Source: Moniliella sp. 'wahieum'
Taxonomy: Eukaryota
Assembly: GCA_003971905.1 (NCBI GenBank)
Contig: RSEE01000046.1
Location: forward strand, 186,001 to 250,000
Direction of reading: 5' to 3'
Length of the DNA stretch: 64,000 bases
The position numbers and the translations under genes were made by a program. The notes under the pieces were generated by a model. It was not told the DNA's origin. It saw nothing but the letters and a program-made list of their open reading frames with translations, and searched no databases. Of this stretch, positions 1-11,923 are shown piece by piece. Position 1 is the stretch's first letter; each line of letters begins with the position of its first letter.

Positions 1-1449
1 AAGCTTGAAGCTGGAATATCAGAGTGATCTCGGAGGTGGCTGACCTACTGCTGGCCCTCACAGGCCTCAGACCCTTTTGGTCAACATATTGAGTGCTGCA
101 AGAATGTACTGAGAGTGCACTATCGAGTGTTGAATATTCACACTGCTACTCTCACCGAGTTGGGTTTACAGGCGCCACACTAGTATAGAAGTGCTAGGTC
201 TTCTACCGAGTAGCCCTCAGGAAAAGGCCTCAGGCCCTCAGGCCCTCAGACCGGTCACCGGTCACCGGTCAAACTTCAATTGAGCGACTGAGGGTGAGCG
301 CGCACGTGAGCCCAAAAGCTTAAAGCGACGTGTGATGCATGATGCATAATGCATGTGCACGTGCATGACAGTGAGTACACGGAGTACCTGATTCAGATGC
401 TCACAGAGTGCGTTGCTGCGGGCTGCTACTGAGTACCTAAGGCGTAAGTCTGGACGTTCAATCTAAGCGTTCTGCACGCCTAAACGTCCTAAATGTAAGG
501 CGTTGGCCAATGATTAACAACGCATTACTAACTAGGGACTGCGTTATAGCTTTGGAATGGCCACTGGCACACTCTTTCTTCACACAAAGGGAGGGGGTGG
601 GTCTGGCGAAGATCATCGATTCCGGATTCTGATACCCGGCCGGGGACGCAGACTGGACCCCTTCCAGGGCGCGCGCTCCCCCAGCTCGCCTGCTCGCCGG
701 AAGAAGCAGGTTCTACATAGATACTGCTGCGGGCTACTGTTGCGGCCCGCGGCCCGCAGCCCTCCGCAGCAACTGCTCCGTCTATTCAGAGCACATATCT
801 ATCCACTGTAATGTAACTGCGGCCCTGGTGACCGGTGCTGAGACCGCTGACTGCTGACCGGTGAGTCCGTGAGGCCGGCGAAGCCTGAAGCCTGAAGCTC
901 ATTGTTGCGTTGCATGTCTAGCACATTCCTGCTGGAGTGCGACTCGGGAGAACTCGACGATCCCATCGACCGACCAGCTGCAAAAACAGCCTTCGGATAA
1001 ACGGCGTGAAGGCAAAGTGGTGAGCCACAAGTCTTCCACCGTCCCAAGGGAAGGAGACAGGAGACAGGAGATAGAGTAGAGGGAGATGCAGATGGAACGA
1101 GCAGGGAGGGGTGGGCGGCGTGCGAGCGGGACTTTTCCGCCCGGCGAGGCGAGCATCACGGAACAACTTGAGGGCCGTGCAGGGACACCCTAACTAGCAC
1201 TACGGGGACCCTAGCACTACCCTCCGGCATCGTGACCGGGCGACCAGCCGTCCGCTTGATTCGGGGCTCTGCCGCGCGCATTCCGACAGGTTGAAATTGC
1301 CTGTACATGGCTCATCGACACCTAGCATGCTTAGGCGTCACTCCCACGGTCTAGCAGCACCGTCTGTTGCTGCTGGAACCGCCATGGGGCGCTGAGCGTG
1401 CTGAGCACTGTCAGCAAAGCTCCAAAACGGGGCGTTGAAAACACATCTT

Positions 1450-2400
1450 ATTGGTCACCGGGCATGTGGCTTTGGGCCGGAACAATAAATGGAAAACGGG
1501 CCGGCTATCATAGAAGGCAGACCGACGACCACATTTGTTGTGTGTATACCGCAGTCAAAGGTGGCCTTCGATGGGTTGGCAGGAGGTTTGGGAGCAGGCA
1601 CTCAATGCGCTGTGGCAGGACGAGAGTGCTGGTATAGCATTGGTAGTGGGAGACTCACAGAACTTGAGCTACGTTGAGAGAAGATCCAAGGGAGACAAGC
1701 TTTTTCAATTGATGAGCTAACTACCTGCCTGCCCTACCGATCGTCGCTGTGCTGCTAACTTGCCCAGCATGCACCAAAAGCTTGCACCCCACCACGCCCA
1801 CCCTCCTCACACCTACGCCCAGGCTGAGACTCAGGAGTCGACCTTTCGCCCCTGTTGCAAATTAATGTTTCCGCGAGTCGTGCGCCGCACACATGCGCAT
1901 CCCAGAATGCTCAGCACTGAAGTGCCACACCCGCCGTACTGTGTTGCGCGCCTCGGCTAATAGTCGCAAGTCGCAGAGCCCTTGCTTTTGAACGGCAGGT
2001 GGAAGCCACTATATACTGCTACCACCAGCTACCCCTTTCCCAACTTTATGGCCGCCTAGTGCAACATTCGTTCCAACTGAGGCCTGGCCCTCCCAACCCA
2101 TACGCCAATGTTGGAAGATGTCCCCCATATGGGCCTCGAACGTGGGAGACGGAGGGATTCCTCACGGCTCTGGCTTCGGCCCCTACACGGAAAAGGGGGA
2201 GCAAAAGCTAATCCAAAATTGGGCTTGGTGCTAGCAGTTGGGCATCGGTTATATAGGGCTCATGAGGACCCTGCGCTCGGTGGTGCACGGTGGCATAAGA
2301 CTCCCTACTAACGGCTGTCTAGATCCTGCCGTTCAGCAAGTAAATATAGGGTCCCGTTTTGACGCCTTCATGCTCTCCTTCCCCCACCGATCACCTCCAT
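1450..2400 (+). pseudogene. Possible highly decayed APE-type non-LTR (LINE) retrotransposon remnant
   Basis: Broken frames give LLCVYRSQ...ALVVGDSQN...KGDKLFQLM (resembles APE endonuclease xVYxP...GDFN...G..L), then GIPHGSGFGP (RT GVPQGSxLGP-like) and VNIGSRFDAFMLSF (YLGVxFDxxLSF-like), in the expected order. Motif similarity is weak and stops are frequent. Confidence 0.3.
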
Positions 2401-3127
2401 CCCGCCTTTTCGGAGCCCCACCCGTTGTCAAGCCATGTTGGACAGGCAGCCCTACCTCGAGCCAACATATGCATTAGCGGAATCAGAGGATGAGGAGATT
2501 ACAATTGATGGCACGCCGCCGCCCAGAGTACCGACTCACCTCTGGTGCCCATGTTCGCCAAAACTCCCTTTCCTCCTATCTTGATCTTCTCGTCTGTATC
2601 CCCACAATAAATTAGTAACTTACCCCCTTCCACCTTCCACCCTCTGCCCCCAACCTCAGTCTGTGCAGCAGCAGGACTTTCCACACCCCTTGGCCACAAG
2701 AGCGCGCTAACCCCCCATTATGGTACATGCATCAAATGTGTCGAGTCTATGGCATTTCTGCGGTGTCCTCGCCCGCTGATCAGCTTGATCTGTGTGCTGT
2801 CGGCCAAGCTGACGGATCACGCTGATTGGTTCTTTTGGCTTTGCCATCATGTATGACACTTCAAGGCTCAAGACGAAAGCACTTCTTCTTGCTGTTTTCG
2901 CAGCGGATGGAAGCTGGATCAACCGTGACAGTGGGTGCGTCCTGCAGCGCAAAATACCAGGAAACGCGCACCAGAATTCGATAACAATGTATCGGGTAAC
3001 CCAGTCGACCAAGCTACACGAACAGTGCTGGCTTTTGTCCCGATCCCATAGTGCTGGCGAAGTAGTACGTTGCCAATCCAAAGGAATGGACATAACATGG
3101 GAATTATGCATCATCCCACAGGCAAAA

Positions 3128-3230
3128 CCATCCCATCCCATCCCATCCCATCCCATCCCATCCCATCCCATCCATCCCATCCCATCCCATCCCATCCCAT
3201 CCCATCCCATCCCATCCCATCCCATCCCAT
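3128..3230. repeat. (CCATC)n pentanucleotide microsatellite, ~20 units
   Basis: Directly visible tandem ccatc/cccat array. Confidence 0.95.
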
Positions 3231-4589
3231 GCCACCTTCCTCATTCTGACCCGCTCTTGCACCAGCCGCTTGGCCCTCACCACGTCGCTCTCCCCTACCA
3301 TTACCCCCATCTCAACGCTCGTCACGGTCATGGTCAAGATCGAGTTGCCCATGAGCAAAAGTACAACGTGGTGCTCTGTCTGACTGTCTCGTCCACGCTT
3401 GCGCTCGCCCGGTGGTAACGATGGTTCAACCTTGTATCAGGCGTCTCCAAAAGCTTGTGCCGGCCATGCCCAAACATGCCCCGCCATTTCCAGTCCTGTA
3501 CTTGCCATGCGCTTGTGCCCACCGTTTTTGAGCTTGTGCCCGCTATGAGCAAACGTTTGCCAACCACCTCCATGTTTGTGCTCGCCATCCCCAACCCTGT
3601 GCTCGCCGTCAAGCCTGTGGTCGTCATCCCCAAGCCTGCGCTCCCCATCAGGCCTGTGCTCGCCATCTTCCACATCAAGCATGTATACGAAAATAGTAAC
3701 GCATATCATCGTTCAGCCTATCTCTCCGCCCACTCGAGTCTATTGGGAACATGCACCACCGAAGCATCTGAGCACCTGTCATAGATGTTGAGGCGGACAA
3801 TGACTGTGACGGTGGTGGGTCTTTGAAGCGAACATAAGAACGACGACTGCCCCAGTTGATCCAGCGCATCAGAGTATGCACTTTGAGAGATGATCAACAG
3901 GCGTACCTCAGCAAGTATCAAAGGTATTCAAACAGAACAACAGCATGACTATCGGATGGTATCAATGTGATCATGTTGAATGCAATTGTCGGTACTGTTT
4001 AAGCAGCAAATGCACATTGTTGGGACATGCGAACTGGGAGTATACCAGCAACTTCTGTACATTTTTCGAGGCATCGTCTGACCAACGTTGGAGATGTTTG
4101 AGCTGGCAATCATGTGGCGCGTGACAGCTCTTCTCCAACGGTGTAACGACAAATCTTGCACTTGTTGGCAGGCTGCGGTGTATGACCGAATTGGTGAGAT
4201 GGTCACGACGGTGCTGTCACCAACTGTGGCACCTCAACCGTAGAGAAACAACAACGACTGTCATGGATATTTGAGCGCCTAACCAGGGCATCCGTGGGAC
4301 ATCTTTCGGCCGATCAAAAGTACGATTGTCGAAACGGGTGTAACGGACATGAACCAAATGCACTCTGAGGGAGGCACCAGAGAGGCAGGCCGCCTCGGCA
4401 ATACATTAACTACCAAGCGTGAGCGCTATGGCTCTCTCAGCGAGCAACAGAGAGCAGACCAGCTCGGCAGTACAGTGACTAACTAAGCGTTAGCACAAGG
4501 GACCTGGTCTCTCTCTGAGCGTTACTCGCCAAGGCGCTCTATTATACCTTCGCCCCCCATCTCCTCTCGTTGGTTCGATGGATCTATGG

Positions 4590-6330
4590 TTCCTCACCCA
4601 TCTTTGGGTTGCTTCGGCGGAAATGAGTCCAGGGTTCTGTGGGCAGAAGGTGTTTGTCAGCGCGACCCCCTCGCCCCCTTTTACTTCTCCATCGCAGTGC
4701 GGCCCGCGCTGGAGAAGTTGCAAAAGGATCTGCAGCTGGTGCACCTGGTGATGGCTGCGTTCCTGGTCGACATTCCTATCTTCGGGCCAGAGCCAGGCAT
4801 TACCGGCCTAGCCGGGGATATTTTGGAAGGACGCGTCAGGCCTCACGCTCAACCTGCGCAAGGGACCGGGACCAGATTCGGGAGGATGGGCTGCAGGCCC
4901 TGATGGGCACTTGTGTGGGAGGGATAGACTGTCGTCGAACGTGGCTCCGGGACTAACTGGCCTGAGAGAGAGCAGCCCAAGTTTGATGGCATCACCCGCC
5001 AAGGACGCCTCTTACTATGGCGGTACAGTACTCTCCAAGCTGCATCACCTGCTCCGCACCATGCAGATGGAGGGTGATGAGCTGGACGATATGCTGGCCG
5101 AGATCGACGCCTTCATCTGTATTACGGAGTTCAGAGGGATCCGGGGCGACAGAACCCCCACAGGCCAGGGACGACCACTTCGACATGCTCATGAGCCTGC
5201 TTCTCCGGATGGGAGGATGCGACGCAGCCCGCTATACTGGTAGATTGGCGCCCCACGCCCGTGCCGCGGCCAACGACATCAATGGCTTTCTTATTACTAC
5301 TTATGTTGACCGATCTGGACCTCAAACGGCTCCGGCCAAAGCATTCACGAAGCAACGCCAGCGCTGCCGGGCGAGGTGGGAGCAGAGTCAACAGGAGCTG
5401 CTCCAGCAGCTGGACGCTTCGATGGTCGCCTTGTGGTTGAGCACAGCAACCCGCTGAGCCACAACATTAGCTCTTTGCCATTCCATCCGTCCCGTGTCTC
5501 AAAAGCTCTCTGACCAGCAGGTTCAGGTTGGTCTCCAGCTCCGCACACTGTGCCGCTCCACGCGCAGCATATGCAGTGCGGCGTCATGTCCTCGCTGGAG
5601 CACATCATAGTGTGCGTCCGCTCCCAGGCCAAGTTTAATGCGTTGCATGAGGTAGTGGGGAGCCCATTCTCCAGCTCGTGCGCTCCATCCACGACACCAC
5701 ATCCACAAACCTACTGTGGAAGAAGGGGATGGGACGAGGCGCGGACAAGGACACAGCGCACTGACTACCGCGTGATGGGGCCCGGAGCACTAGGAGGATC
5801 AGGAATGGAGGTAAGACCACACGCTGCGCGACACGGGATCGCACAGGAGGCGCGCAGAGCGCGTACCGGAGAGTGGTGCATGAGAGCACCGCGACGCCCT
5901 TGGAACGCCGGGAGAAGGAGCTGCTCCGGCTGCTTGAACAATCAGAATGCGACAAGAACGCCACCAGAGACGCAATCAACAGTCGTTTTCCCCCCTGGTT
6001 TTGACGACGCGAGGATACTATATATGGCACCAAGACAGCGGGCAAGATGTTTGCGCATTGGAAGGATTTGGCTACTGAGTCTCAATGGAAATGGTTCCTC
6101 GCTCGGATGTCAACCACGTTCATCCGTGTCCACACGCGCACCTAGGGTACGGGACCGGATGGCGAGAACCAGAGGGTCCTAATATCCTGGCGATCCCTTG
6201 GTTCCTTAACCTTGGTGGCGCTTCCACTAGTAACCCCCGCAAGATGAACGGTTCGGTTTAGACGTAGCGTTTCCCCTGTCCCAGCCTTAAGCTCTGTCAA
6301 TGATATGGATGCAGAATAGATATATGTGCA
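4590..6330 (+). mobile_element. Degenerate CRE-clade (Cnl1/SLACS-like) non-LTR retrotransposon with RT and a C-terminal restriction-like endonuclease
   Basis: EGVCQRDPLAPFYFSIAVRPALE resembles RT GVxQGDPLxPxxF. AAFLVDI is a mutated (A)YLDDI. LLLRMGGC resembles the LPxRxGGLG motif. Across frameshifts: C-x2-C...EHIIVC...ALHE (CCHC knuckle) and QRTDYRV (RxD REL motif). Many frameshifts and stops; ends approximate. Confidence 0.65.
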
Positions 6331-8639
6331 CTCTCATCAGGCTTTCGGTGTGGTGACCACAACTCAATGATACAAAGGAGGGTGTCGGTGGGGTCCACAG
6401 AGTGATAGGAAGGGCCCTGGCCTAAACCATAATAAGCGTACGGGACCGAGGTCCCGCGACAGACCCAACTCAACCAAGATCAACACCGAGATCTCGATAC
6501 ACATCCACCGGTCCCTTCCAGGTGTCATATAGGGAGAGTGTTTTGGAGATGGTGAAAGCCAAAATGCTTTTGCGCCACAATGCGGCAGTGGCTATTACTA
6601 TACTATTACTCCGAACTATACTCCGTCGATACCAGATGGATCACGGTCGATTTTTCCTCATCGTTTTCACTAGTATATACCCTCTTGATCGATGATCTCA
6701 CTGTCCACACTGATGATGTCACCCGGTTTTCTTGGCGTAGCGAGTGACTAGTGACGAGAGGTGTCATAGTTTGGCTGATCTCGCACCCATTTCCAATTTT
6801 CTTCGTCTCGAGCGTCTCGTTCCTTCCCTGTTCCTTCCACTTCGCACCATGTCCTCTGTTCTTGCTTCTTCCCCACGAACGATTGCTACACCCTTGGCCT
6901 AGTCCGATTCTGGTCTCCCTCGCCTTAGCCCCGACTGTGACAAGAGGAATGCAGGAGAAGGTAGTAGTAGTAGTAGTATTTCAAGCGGAGCGCCATATGA
7001 GCATGATTAGTGGTCGAGTCCAAAATGCAGTGGCATGTGGGCCCTGCGTGTTTGCCATCCTGCATCCGTGGCTATTGGTGTTTTGGCGCAACACACTACA
7101 CCAGCCACATCGCATCAACGCCAACATGAGATTACCCTGAAGATACAGCAACTTCTAAACGAACCGCCTCTGTTGCACAACCGCACGCGGGCGGGGCGTT
7201 GCGTGACAAGTCACGGTGACGGGGTGACATGTGAAATGTGGCATGAGCCGATGTGATGGTGATCCCCTCTTCCTGTTCATCATCGACATGTCAGCTGCCC
7301 CTGCTGCTTGCCGATGCTGGTTCGAACCATGCATGTGGTCCAGCACGAGAGAGGCGGTAGCTGATGATGGTAGTGGGAGGGGGGAGTCAGCGGTCGTGGC
7401 GGGGCTAACGCGCTAACACACGAAAAGGGTCGGGGATATGCGTACGTAGGTCCGGGGATTAATGACGTCCGTGGCTGCGGGGAGTGTGGTGCGGTTGGAA
7501 ATGGATCCCACACAGGGCACCAGCAGACGCCGCAGGGTCTGGAAAGCGCCGGCTTCCATCGCGGCCCCGCCGCGGCGGCTGCTGGTGCTGGCTGCAGCGC
7601 TGGGGCAGCCGCCGGAAGCGAGCAGCACTGCTGCTGCGTCGGAATCTGCCAAATCCAGAAGATGCATAATGCATAATGCAGAAAGGCCGACGACCTCATC
7701 GGTGAGTGCGCGCAGCCTGAGCGCTGACCTCCCCCGGGGCCGCTGCCCGGTTCCGATGCTGGAACAAAACCCACCACCCGGCCGTTGCTGTTCTGCCACC
7801 ACCTCTGGCGCTGCGCGCAGAGTTGAGTGCTTGCTGGTCCGCGCCTGGCTCTCGCGCCTCTGCCCGCCCTCGGGACGTGTGGCCTCGCATCGGGCATCTG
7901 GCAGCCCCCTTCTGCTCCTGGCTCCTGCGCGTGGCCCCCTCCCTCGGCCTCGCCACTCGGCGGCGGTGGCGCCATGGATCCCGCCAGCCCCAGCCCCATC
8001 CCCAGCCCTCTTTCCAGCCCCAGCCCCGGCCCCCATGCCGGCCCCAGTGCCAACCCCAGTCCGGGTGCCACCAGCCCAAGGCTCTCCTCGCTTCCTCTCC
8101 CGCCTCTCGTCCCCTCCGCCTCCCCGCCCCCTTTCCGCCCGCCCAACACACCTCCCCAAGCCCTCACCCGACCGTTGCTTCGCTCAGCACTCGCTCCACG
8201 CAAAGCTCCGAGCGCACCTCTTCACCTCGTTGAGCTCCCTGAACTCTTGCCCCTCCCGTCTCAGTGGCTCCTCCTCCTCCTCCTCTCTTCCTGTGCGCCC
8301 CAAACTTGGTTCAGCCCGTTTCTCGAGCCCAAACGCTTCGGCCCACAGCTTGCCCAGTACTTCGTCTGACTTGCTCCTGCGCCCGGCATCTCGCACCCAT
8401 CTGGTTCCACCTGTCCCAGCTGGACGCGCCACGCCGGACCCCTGCCGCGCAATGCACCAGATGTATCCCCACATCGATCGTTCTCGCGATCGCCGGTACC
8501 GGATGCACCCAGACCCGCATCTTCCAGTTCGGGCAGGGGAACTACTTCAGCTCTTCCCACATCAAGCTCCTTTTCTACCACCTTCCCTCCCCTCCCAATG
8601 CCCAGCAGGAGATTCACCTTCACAGCGCACCCTCCTCGC

Positions 8640-10020
8640 ATGGAACAGAGCAACAGCGCCCCTCCTCCCTTTATCTCCGGAGGGCCTCGCCATCTTGGTT
8701 TCATTTCAGGGCCATCGAGCAGCCAGGAGCTCCTTTCCTCTGAAGGAAGGCTGTCGCAGCCTGTTTACCCTCCGCCTGCCAGGCCAAGGCTCTCCAACCC
8801 GATACAGTACTCTCTAACTGGTCGGACTCAGACCACATCCCACCCGAGCCGCCCCCTCCGTTGGCCTGTGCAAGGGCTGGGGGGACAACAATCTCTCTCT
8901 ACTAGTTCATATTTTGCGCCTGAAACAACGATGGAAGAAGACCAGCGAAGACGGCGTTTGCCCCCCCTAGAAGATGTTGCTCCTCGGGGCGCACCATGCC
9001 CGCATTCCCACCTCAGCAGTCTGTTTCCCTACCGAGCATGGTCGCCTCTCCCCTCTCTCCCCGACATCCTGGCTCCCCGTCGAGCCATCCCTCCCCAGTG
9101 GCGAATGGCCTTCCCCTCAACGAAGAGCCATTGCTGGGCCTACAGCGCCTAAGTCTCAATCGTTATGGATATCCGCCCTCAGCCCCTTCTTTCCGGCAGC
9201 CACTCTCCTTACCCAGTGATCAGTCGGGATCCTGGAGGGACCCTCGCCCTCAGCTGTGGGCCTATCTGACAATGCTGGCGCGTCGACTGCAGGGGGTACC
9301 TCTGATCCGGTTCGGCCCAGCCTGACCCCATAGCCACTTCCACCTCGGGTCCCTCGGGGACGTCAGATTCTGGTCCGGAAGACAAGGGTGTACATCCTCG
9401 AACTGGGCGAACGGCCAAGCGCGCTCGTCGTGGTGAAAGGAAGCAGACACATTCTACCTTTTCGACCTCCTCTTTGCCTGTGCGAGGCAAGAGGAAATTG
9501 GGTCGGCCCCGCAACCTGTCGCGAGACCGCCAACTGACGATTTTGTCAGCCCAGGATGGGGGAGACCAGTGGGAGCAGACCCCTGGGAACACGCCTCCGT
9601 CCGAATCGGCTTCGTCTCACGTTACCACTGGGCCGGTTCTGGCTGCCTCTCGCGAGGGAGACAAGAAGGCCCTCTTGCGCCTGGCACTAGCATCTGTACT
9701 TACCTCCATCCCCTGACGGGTGCGTACTGTGGCACACACTGCAATCGTCTTTATGACCTTGTCCGCCACCGCCAGATTCATGCGCGAGATGAACTGCGAG
9801 CGATCGAGTCGGGAACGCTCTCCCCGACCAAGCGCTAGTCTGGGGCAAAGAGGTGGATCCAGCCTCGTCGAGTATCAACAAGGAGTGGATGTGCGGCTGT
9901 GGCAGTGTATTTTCCCGCAAAGATGCACTGCTGCCACAAACGACTTCGTGGCCACTGACCGCTCCCTTTGCAGTATTGTCACCTGGCTTTGCGAAGATGA
10001 TACCGGTCATATGTTGTTGA
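8640..10020 (+). CDS. C2H2 zinc-finger transcription factor (frameshifted; boundaries approximate)
   Basis: CTYLHPLTGAYCGTHCNRLYDLVRHRQIH (~9695-9781) followed by WMCGCGSVFSRKDAL (~9886-9930), a fungal FSRxDAL finger. The upstream region is Pro/Ser-rich. Confidence 0.55.
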
Positions 10021-11923
10021 TGGTATACCCATGCTTCTGTGGGGCTTATTCACTTCCTACCCCCCCCCCCACTCCCACCCTCCTGCGTGCCCCTCCATTC
10101 GCGTCGGATCTCCGACTCTCTTGCCATGGCCGTGCCCTCTCGCGGCCTATGGTGTCCATATTGCCGTGTCTCTCCTCCGCCCTTCTTGCATTTTTGTGGC
10201 TCTCCTGCGACCGGTAGTTGTACTTCAACCTTTTTATATCTGTGCTTACTCACTTGAAGGTCTTGAGGTTGGCCAATGAGTATAACGGAGTGTACTGAGT
10301 GTACTGGGTGCTACTGGGTGCTTGGCCAGAGGGAAGGTAGTGAAGCAGACGAGTGCACCCTGTGTTCATAGCAAACCACCAAATCTCAGCTTTCGCAACG
10401 ACCTTCAGGCGGCCATAGTGTCCGCCAAGGGCTAAAATCACATATAACGTCTCTGACGCTGGCCCGACCGGCTGAGGGGATGGGTAGGCAGAAACGGAGA
10501 TGTGCAAAAAAAAAGTGCACGCCGTTTTCATAGGAAACTATCACGGGCGAAGACGGGTTGACAATCCCGGCGGAACCTACGCGCGCCCTTGGCCTTCCTA
10601 TAATCCCGTCCCCAGGTTGGTCACAGTGGGCCAGATTCGATCTTATCCGATCTCAGCTGAGCTGAGGCGCTGAGGCCCGTCCGCTCTACTACCACAAGTT
10701 ATAGAGCGCGCCCCATATTCAGTTCGCTCGCCACGGCTGGCAAAAGCCCGCCAGCGTGATTACCAGTTGTACGTATCCGCGCGATAATAGTAGTGGCCAC
10801 CGCATGGCCACCCAATTGTGAGGATTTTCTTTTGCCACATTAGTCGCCCCGTGCCCGTTTACCTTTTACCTTTCTAGGTTGCCCGTGCGGCAACCGCCTC
10901 TCCCTGTTTTCCCCTGTCTCCCTAGTTCATACTCGTCCGGAAGTCTTTTTGAGCAGCGGATGCGTATAGCGCGCTAGGCGGCAATCGGCTCGGCTCCGTT
11001 GTGACTAGGCCAGTGCCTGAAGAGGCAGCAGTGCGGCGCGGCTACAGAATGACTAACTGGGCGAGCAAACTAGGGTCCAGTGCGCCTTCTGAGGGAGGGC
11101 ACCAGGCGGCAGTGCGGCTCAGCTACCGTCTGTCCAAGGGAGCGCCCCACGTTTCAGTCCGTCCAAGCGCGTGCCAGGCCGAGGCCGGCGGGATCTCCTC
11201 TCGAACGCGGAGAGAACGAACCACCGGGCGGCGGGGCCAGTTCGCACACTGCATGGCAAAAGCTGCCGTGGGGTAAATAAAAATGGGCATGTGGTCCGTG
11301 CGCCCCTCCCAAGTAAGCAAGTTGTCAATATGTAACCGCCGAAGTACACACCCCTGTCCGCCCGATGAAACCGGGCGACGGCAACGGGGCGGAGTGTTGC
11401 TGCGGCCCACTGCGTCTCCATCGCCATGCTCGACCGTCTTCCGCCCGAGTTGGTCGTCCCCGAACCCCGCACGCCCACCTGCACACCACCACCGCCGTGA
11501 CCATGACGACGACTAAGACTACGACTACGACCAAAAGAGAAAGTGATAGACGAGAGAGTGTCAGTGGTGTTCGACGAGGGTACGCCCGTGGTGGACTTTG
11601 ATGGGACGCGGTTGAGGTGCGCAACGTGGGCCAAGTCATGCGCATGGCAGGCGCGCGGACCTGTCTCGCCCCTCTGGGACCCTCACATCTTGCTTCTCCG
11701 CCCCCGCCTCCGCCTCCGCTTCTGCCTCCCCCTGCTTCTCGAAAGTCGGCCACCGTTGTCCATACACACGGTATCGGGAGAGTCCTACCCTCCAGCACCT
11801 TTCGTTTTGGACTATTACCATACCCTCATTCTTTGTCCACAGAGTCACAAAGGGTATACGTTCGCAGAGGCAAGACAGTTTTCAAAAAAAGGTCCGAGAA
11901 AGAGCGTTCAAAAGCCACCCTGC

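Noticed and set aside
4220..4280. APQP*RNNNDCHGY as a Ulp1-like protease relic
   Set aside because: It is a single short, stop-interrupted resemblance with no supporting catalytic His/Asp motif.
6231..6238. TAACCCCC as a telomeric target of the CRE-like element
   Set aside because: It is a single copy, which is expected by chance.
7280..8817. Long overlapping ORFs on both strands (e.g. 451 aa)
   Set aside because: They are low-complexity products of high-GC, stop-poor DNA with no domain signature. Part may belong to the C2H2 gene's 5' region.
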